DNA of 62,658 nucleotides, from contig CAVSQB010000024.1 in assembly GCA_963729895.1 (NCBI GenBank), forward strand, positions 1 through 62,658, given 5' to 3'. Origin of the DNA: an uncultured Fibrobacterota bacterium. Lineage in GTDB: Bacteria > Fibrobacterota > Chitinivibrionia > Chitinivibrionales > FEN-1185. The position numbers and the translations under genes are program-made. The notes under the pieces are model-generated. The model was not told the origin of the DNA. It worked only from the letters and a program-made list of their open reading frames with translations, and made no database searches. Position 1 is the stretch's first letter; every line of letters begins with the position of its first letter. This document shows positions 57,953 to 62,658 of this stretch, in pieces.

Positions 57953-58813
57953 ATGAACGCCGCCAGACGCACTCCTCTTCTATGCAGCGCCGCGCTGTGG
58001 TATACGGTTGTCGCCGTTAGAGCCGCGTTCGGGAATCTCGAGACACTCGTCGGCGACTTGCCCAGGACGGTCGTCGCGGAAAAGGGACCGTACCTGGTTA
58101 CCTCAGATATCTACGTTCCCGCAGGAAAAACAGTGACCGTTACGGCGGGGACGGTGTTTTTGTTCAAGAATTTCACCGGCCTGCACGTGCAGGGAACTCT
58201 CGTTGCAAAAGGAACCGACGACCGTCCCATTGTCTTCACATCGGAGAACGATAAGCGGTTCAATCCGGGCGCAAGCCTCATTCCCAACCCCTACGATTGG
58301 AACGGCGTGTTCATCCATGACGACGCCATCGGCACCGACTTGCAGTACATCGAAGTCGCCTACTCGGTGTACGGCATCAACTCGCTTACCAAGTTCATCC
58401 GCATCGTTGACGGGGTATTCAGGGACAACGGCCGGGCGAACCTCACCATAGAAGGACAGGCCCAGGCCGTTACCGCCCAGCCGTTTTCGTACACCCTTTC
58501 GGTAAAGAATGCGTCGGTTGACGGCGTGCCCGTAAAACTCCTGCGGGACCCGGACGCTCCCCGCCGGAACGTGCTGCGCTACTCGGGACTTTCGCTGTTT
58601 GTTTCGGGCGTTGTGGCCGGCGCGGTATTTACCACGCAGTGGGACGCATCCAAACGTCGCATGAACGAGGTGGCTGCCGACCTCTTCACGTATCAGAATT
58701 CCGATTTTGTCTCCGCGGAGTCGGACCGCAACAGAAATGCGGGGCTGATGACCGCAGGCTATGTGCTCGGGTTCATCGGCGCATGCGGGTTTACATACTC
58801 CTTCTTCTTCTAG
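57953..58813 (+). CDS. Exported beta-helix-like protein with C-terminal hydrophobic segments
   Basis: GPYLVTSDIYVPAGKTVTV...GTLVAKGT..PIVFTS beta-helix start; ends GFTYSFFF. Confidence 0.7.
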   Translation: MNAARRTPLLCSAALWYTVVAVRAAFGNLETLVGDLPRTVVAEKGPYLVTSDIYVPAGKTVTVTAGTVFLFKNFTGLHVQGTLVAKGTDDRPIVFTSENDKRFNPGASLIPNPYDWNGVFIHDDAIGTDLQYIEVAYSVYGINSLTKFIRIVDGVFRDNGRANLTIEGQAQAVTAQPFSYTLSVKNASVDGVPVKLLRDPDAPRRNVLRYSGLSLFVSGVVAGAVFTTQWDASKRRMNEVAADLFTYQNSDFVSAESDRNRNAGLMTAGYVLGFIGACGFTYSFFF

Positions 58814-58823
58814 GACAACCTTG

Positions 58824-61800
58824 ATGAAAGCAGATCGCTTTCTTGGCCCGACTGCCGCTTGGCTCGCCGCATTGCTGGTCTTGTCGTGCACAAACGACTA
58901 CAACCCGTTTACCGACCCGTCCCGTGCGCTCGCTGTTGTCAAATACAAATCGTTCCACGACGCCGACACCCTCAACATCTTCACTACCGAAACGCTCGTT
59001 GTCGCCGTTGCGGACCGGGGGCTCGTTGATTCATTCTCGATTGTCGCGCCGACAAACCGGCGCTCCCCGGACACGTTTGTCGTGAAACGCACGCTGGGCC
59101 AGCCGGTTGCGGCCGGTCCTTATACCTACCTTGTCTCGCTCACCGACACCGGGTGGAAGACGCTCACTATCAACACGTTCAGGAGCAACGGCGACCGCGT
59201 CCCGCAGGAGTTTTCCCTTTACCTCCGCAACCCGCTCCGCCAGAACACCATCAACGGCTTCTACGGCGACACCGTGAGCCTTGCCGCAGCGCCGCACGTT
59301 CGCGACGCGGACGTGGAGTACCATTGGGATTTCGGCGGCGGCTACGATGTCACATCGCCGCTTCCGCAGATTTCTGCTGCGGTAAAAATGCAGTCTTTTT
59401 CCTCGGCCGGCCTCCTATGGGTGTCCGACCCGTCGGGCGCGCACCCGTCTCCGGCGGTCCCATTCACCTATAACCTGAAGGACACCACCGGCCCATTCAT
59501 CAAGTGCGTCAACGACGGGTACGTCGGCAAGGATACCATCATCACCGGCGACACGACGTTCTACTTCAAGGTTCAAATATGGGACCCGACGCAGGCGGGC
59601 GCGGTGCAAAGCGCATCGGTCAATGGGCGGAAATTCGACATCAACGACGATCCTCTCTACATTTGCGTTCTCACGCGCATGGATACAAACGTTCGCCTGT
59701 TCCCGGTGACGGTTTCGGCCGTTAACAACCCGCAGTTTCTGGTCTCTTCCACGAAAACGTTCTGGTTGCAGTTCAGCAGCGCCATGTCTCACGGCGGGGG
59801 TGTCCTGTTCACGGTGACCGATCCGAGCACCGACACGTCGGTGACCGAATCGCGCAACAAGGTGATTTTCGGATACATCGAGGACTACGTGCACGATTCT
59901 ATTTCCGTTATTGTCAAGTTGTGGGAGAACAATGCTCAGAACAGCCTGGCCGACACCGTGCACGTCGCGGGCAAGGCAACCTGGAGCTTTAATTTCCCGC
60001 TTGCAAATGGCTCGAACCGCGCGCGGCTCGCGGCATACGCCGCAAACGGCGACTCGCTCGCGGGAACATCGCTCTTAATCGTCTGTGACACCACCACGAA
60101 AGACACCACGCCGCCCGAAATCATCGATGTCACCGCCAACGGCGCACCCATGAGCAATAAGTTTGTCACCGGCGACACGGCCGTGCTCAAGATCATCGCG
60201 TTCGACGAAGGGTCGGGCATCGACTCTTTGTGTGTCAACAATCGGCCGCTTGTACAGAGCGCCCAGGGCTACGGGTTCATCTGGTTCGACACCGTGACCG
60301 TGGTGCACCGCCCGGAGGGCAGCGCCTTCACCATCGTTGCGGTTGACAACGCAATGAACCGCGACACGCTTTCGTTCGTCCTGTGCCAGAACATCCCGCC
60401 GCAGATTCTGCGGGCCCCGCCGGCCAACGACACCATTCCCTTTGGAAGCCGTATTGTTGACACGATCATCTGGACGGATCCGGACAACGATCAGGTTCAG
60501 GCGCAGAAGGCAAAGGGTCCCGACAGCATGAATGTGATCCCGTTCGGCCATGTAATCCAGCTATCCTGGATACCGCAACTCCCCGCTGACACCGGCCTCA
60601 AAAAGATAAGGATCAATTTGTCGGACGGGTACCAGACCACGACGGATTCGTTCCAGGTATTCGTAACCGCGGCAGGCGGCCTTCCGCCCGCCGTGCAGAT
60701 TGACACGGCTGCAATGGCGGTCCCCGCCTACCTCGAAGCGAACATGGACAGTCTTGTACTTAATGTCAAGACCAAGAACGATTCCGGCAACACGCCGCTT
60801 TCTTTCTATGTGACCCTCACCGGCGCCGCGCTTCCGGTAACCGGCCGGCTCTGTGCGTGGCATCCCGGCATAAACGACGTGGGCAGGCAGATCTTTACGG
60901 TCACCGTTATCGACACATTCCACAGGAGCGTCTCGGCACAGTTCGCCGTGACCGTGGAGCCGCCCAACCGGCCATGCACGCTGCAGGTGCGCTATACCGT
61001 TCCCGTCACCCCGGACGGTGAACTCGACTTGTCTAATGCGACTCAGCCGGATACGCTTTTCTTCTCGGTGAAGGACCCGGATATTCCGGCAGTGGAACAT
61101 CATACCGTCGTGGTGCGATTTGCAGCGGGCCAGACCGATTTCGTTCTCGATTCAAACGGCCAGTTCTTCGTTGCCTTGCCGGCCAAGCCTTCCAACGGGC
61201 AGGCAAAGGACACGCTGTTTGTGTCCGTCACCGATCGCGCCGGTCACGAGGATTCGCTTAGGTTCTTCATCACCTACGCGGGCGCCGGAAGCCCCGCATT
61301 TACCGGCAAGATATATATCAACACGCAATCAAGCGGCGTGTCGATAACCGGCAGCGTCATTGGTTTTCCCCTGTTAATCCGTCTTGACAAATCGTATTTC
61401 ACCTTTGCCCAGGCGGCGCCCCGGGGCCAGGACATCAGGTTTTCAAAATCCAACGGAGCCGCGCTTCCCTACGAGATCGAGCACTGGGACAACGTCGCAG
61501 GCGATGCCGAAATCTGGGTGAAGGTCGACACCGTGTATGCTTTCAACGATTCCCAGTACATCCGGATGACATGGGGCAACCCGGCCGCGGTCGACAGTTC
61601 GAACGGCAGGGCCGTTTTCGACACCGCCGTGGGCTATGTGGGCGTTTGGCACATGAACGATGGTTCGGCGACGCAAAACGCAAATTCCGCCCAGACGCAA
61701 TTCAATGCCACGATTGCCCAGCAGGGGGCAAACCCCAGGATAGGAACAGGTTCCGGCGTCATTGGAACTGCGGACAGCTTGGCAAACAATAACTACTTGA

Positions 61801-62312
61801 ACGCGGGAATCTTGCCCGCCATGCAGACCGTCTCGATAAGCGCGTGGGTAAACCCCGTTACCGTTCCCCCCTGGGCAAAAATCATCTGCAAGCCATGGGG
61901 CACCTATAACGATCCGTTCCAGATCTTTTCATTGGAGGTGGCCGGAGCACCGGATTCTGCCGTCCAATTTCATGTGGGCTTATCGCAACCATTTTCCGCG
62001 TATGTGGTCAACAAGGACTCGCTTAAATCAGGAACATGGACGCACCTTGTGGGAACCTATGACGGCATGGAAACACGGCTGTACGTAAACGGCGCACCGG
62101 CAGGCACGTATACCTGGACAAACAGCCCCGCGCCCGCGGTGCCATCCAACCAGCAGCCATGGACCATCGGCGGATGGAGCCAGAACGTCGTCGAATGTCT
62201 TCCCGGAAAAATTGACGAAGCAAGAATTTCCCGCGGTGTGTGGAGCCCGGACTACATCAACCTTTCTTATCAGAACCAGAGACCGGGAAGCGCGGTGCTG
62301 CAGTTCAAGTAA
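58824..62312 (+). CDS. Large lipoprotein with Ig-like repeats, DUF2341 and LamG-like domains
   Basis: Lipobox LLVLSC; FPLLIRL...DIRF...LPYEIEHWD...IWVKV (DUF2341); SISAWV, WTHLVGTYDG, GKIDEARI (LamG). Confidence 0.85.
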   Translation: MKADRFLGPTAAWLAALLVLSCTNDYNPFTDPSRALAVVKYKSFHDADTLNIFTTETLVVAVADRGLVDSFSIVAPTNRRSPDTFVVKRTLGQPVAAGPYTYLVSLTDTGWKTLTINTFRSNGDRVPQEFSLYLRNPLRQNTINGFYGDTVSLAAAPHVRDADVEYHWDFGGGYDVTSPLPQISAAVKMQSFSSAGLLWVSDPSGAHPSPAVPFTYNLKDTTGPFIKCVNDGYVGKDTIITGDTTFYFKVQIWDPTQAGAVQSASVNGRKFDINDDPLYICVLTRMDTNVRLFPVTVSAVNNPQFLVSSTKTFWLQFSSAMSHGGGVLFTVTDPSTDTSVTESRNKVIFGYIEDYVHDSISVIVKLWENNAQNSLADTVHVAGKATWSFNFPLANGSNRARLAAYAANGDSLAGTSLLIVCDTTTKDTTPPEIIDVTANGAPMSNKFVTGDTAVLKIIAFDEGSGIDSLCVNNRPLVQSAQGYGFIWFDTVTVVHRPEGSAFTIVAVDNAMNRDTLSFVLCQNIPPQILRAPPANDTIPFGSRIVDTIIWTDPDNDQVQAQKAKGPDSMNVIPFGHVIQLSWIPQLPADTGLKKIRINLSDGYQTTTDSFQVFVTAAGGLPPAVQIDTAAMAVPAYLEANMDSLVLNVKTKNDSGNTPLSFYVTLTGAALPVTGRLCAWHPGINDVGRQIFTVTVIDTFHRSVSAQFAVTVEPPNRPCTLQVRYTVPVTPDGELDLSNATQPDTLFFSVKDPDIPAVEHHTVVVRFAAGQTDFVLDSNGQFFVALPAKPSNGQAKDTLFVSVTDRAGHEDSLRFFITYAGAGSPAFTGKIYINTQSSGVSITGSVIGFPLLIRLDKSYFTFAQAAPRGQDIRFSKSNGAALPYEIEHWDNVAGDAEIWVKVDTVYAFNDSQYIRMTWGNPAAVDSSNGRAVFDTAVGYVGVWHMNDGSATQNANSAQTQFNATIAQQGANPRIGTGSGVIGTADSLANNNYLNAGILPAMQTVSISAWVNPVTVPPWAKIICKPWGTYNDPFQIFSLEVAGAPDSAVQFHVGLSQPFSAYVVNKDSLKSGTWTHLVGTYDGMETRLYVNGAPAGTYTWTNSPAPAVPSNQQPWTIGGWSQNVVECLPGKIDEARISRGVWSPDYINLSYQNQRPGSAVLQFK

Positions 62313-62374
62313 GGCCCGTTAATGCAGGATGTTTACGTATGCGCGATGCAGACATGCAATAAGGACCGGAAAAA

Positions 62375-62548
62375 ATGCCCACATTAATTCTTCAGGGAAA
62401 ATGGTTGCCTTTGTCTATTCTGCCAGCGTTCTGCGGAAGGTTGTCCGTGAGTGGCTGAGTTTGGGGCTGACGACACGGTTTACCCTGCTGCGATTGATGC
62501 TGGAGACTCTGCTGCGATAAGAACGATTTTGGATTCTAATGGGCTTAA
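62375..62548 (+). pseudogene. Possible N-terminal remnant of an LRR-type exported protein
   Basis: Signal-like MPTLILQGKWLPLSILPAF; a shifted frame gives DSAAIRTILDSNGL, which resembles an LRR N-cap; cut at TTAA. Confidence 0.3.
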
Positions 62549-62658
62549 GGGGACCTCTAAAAATTCTGTAAAATAGTAGATTCCAAGATCATGTTGACAG
62601 ATAGTATTATTTCGCGATGTCAGGGCGTCTATTTGTCTGATAGGTGCCCAAAACTGTT
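62549..62658. mobile_element. Possible IS (IS5/IS1182-like) terminus at the window end
   Basis: TTAA followed by GGGGACCTCTAAAAA and a shift to AT-rich sequence. Confidence 0.4.

Noticed and set aside
1..62658. CRISPR array, cas genes, prophage, tRNA or rRNA genes
   Set aside because: No regularly spaced direct repeats or phage/cas genes were seen; the only tRNA-like sequence belongs to tmRNA.

Overview
A 62.7-kb, GC-rich bacterial chromosomal segment, probably a whole contig because it starts inside an IS5-family transposase and ends at an IS-like terminus. Envelope gene content (DUF2341/LamG lipoprotein, DUF5683-like proteins, lpxH, Omp85) suggests Fibrobacterota/Chitinivibrionia; this is an inference. 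Most genes are housekeeping or envelope genes: tmRNA, LacI regulator, htpG, kup, coaE, priming glycosyltransferase, Wzi-like protein, nifS, nadA, thiE, thiC, lpxH, GH57, Omp85, DksA, prmA, lepB, rmd-like, gmd, recO, dprA, uvrC and PBP1A. There is also one complete IS with a 4-bp target duplication and several REP/MITE-like repeats. No CRISPR array or prophage was seen. The best leads for something new are: (1) a 59-aa, 39% acidic protein missed by the ORF track, with a perfect TTGACA-N17-TATAAT promoter and strong SD; (2) a Cys/Trp domain-STAS-Cys/Trp domain protein that may partner a sensor-less RsbU-RsbW fusion; (3) a tandem kinase/pseudokinase-fold protein; (4) a Ser/Thr kinase, beta-helix protein and DUF2341-LamG lipoprotein operon that could signal across the envelope; (5) an orphan PD-(D/E)xK nuclease; (6) two genes (nifS, Omp85) that appear to need non-canonical start codons.
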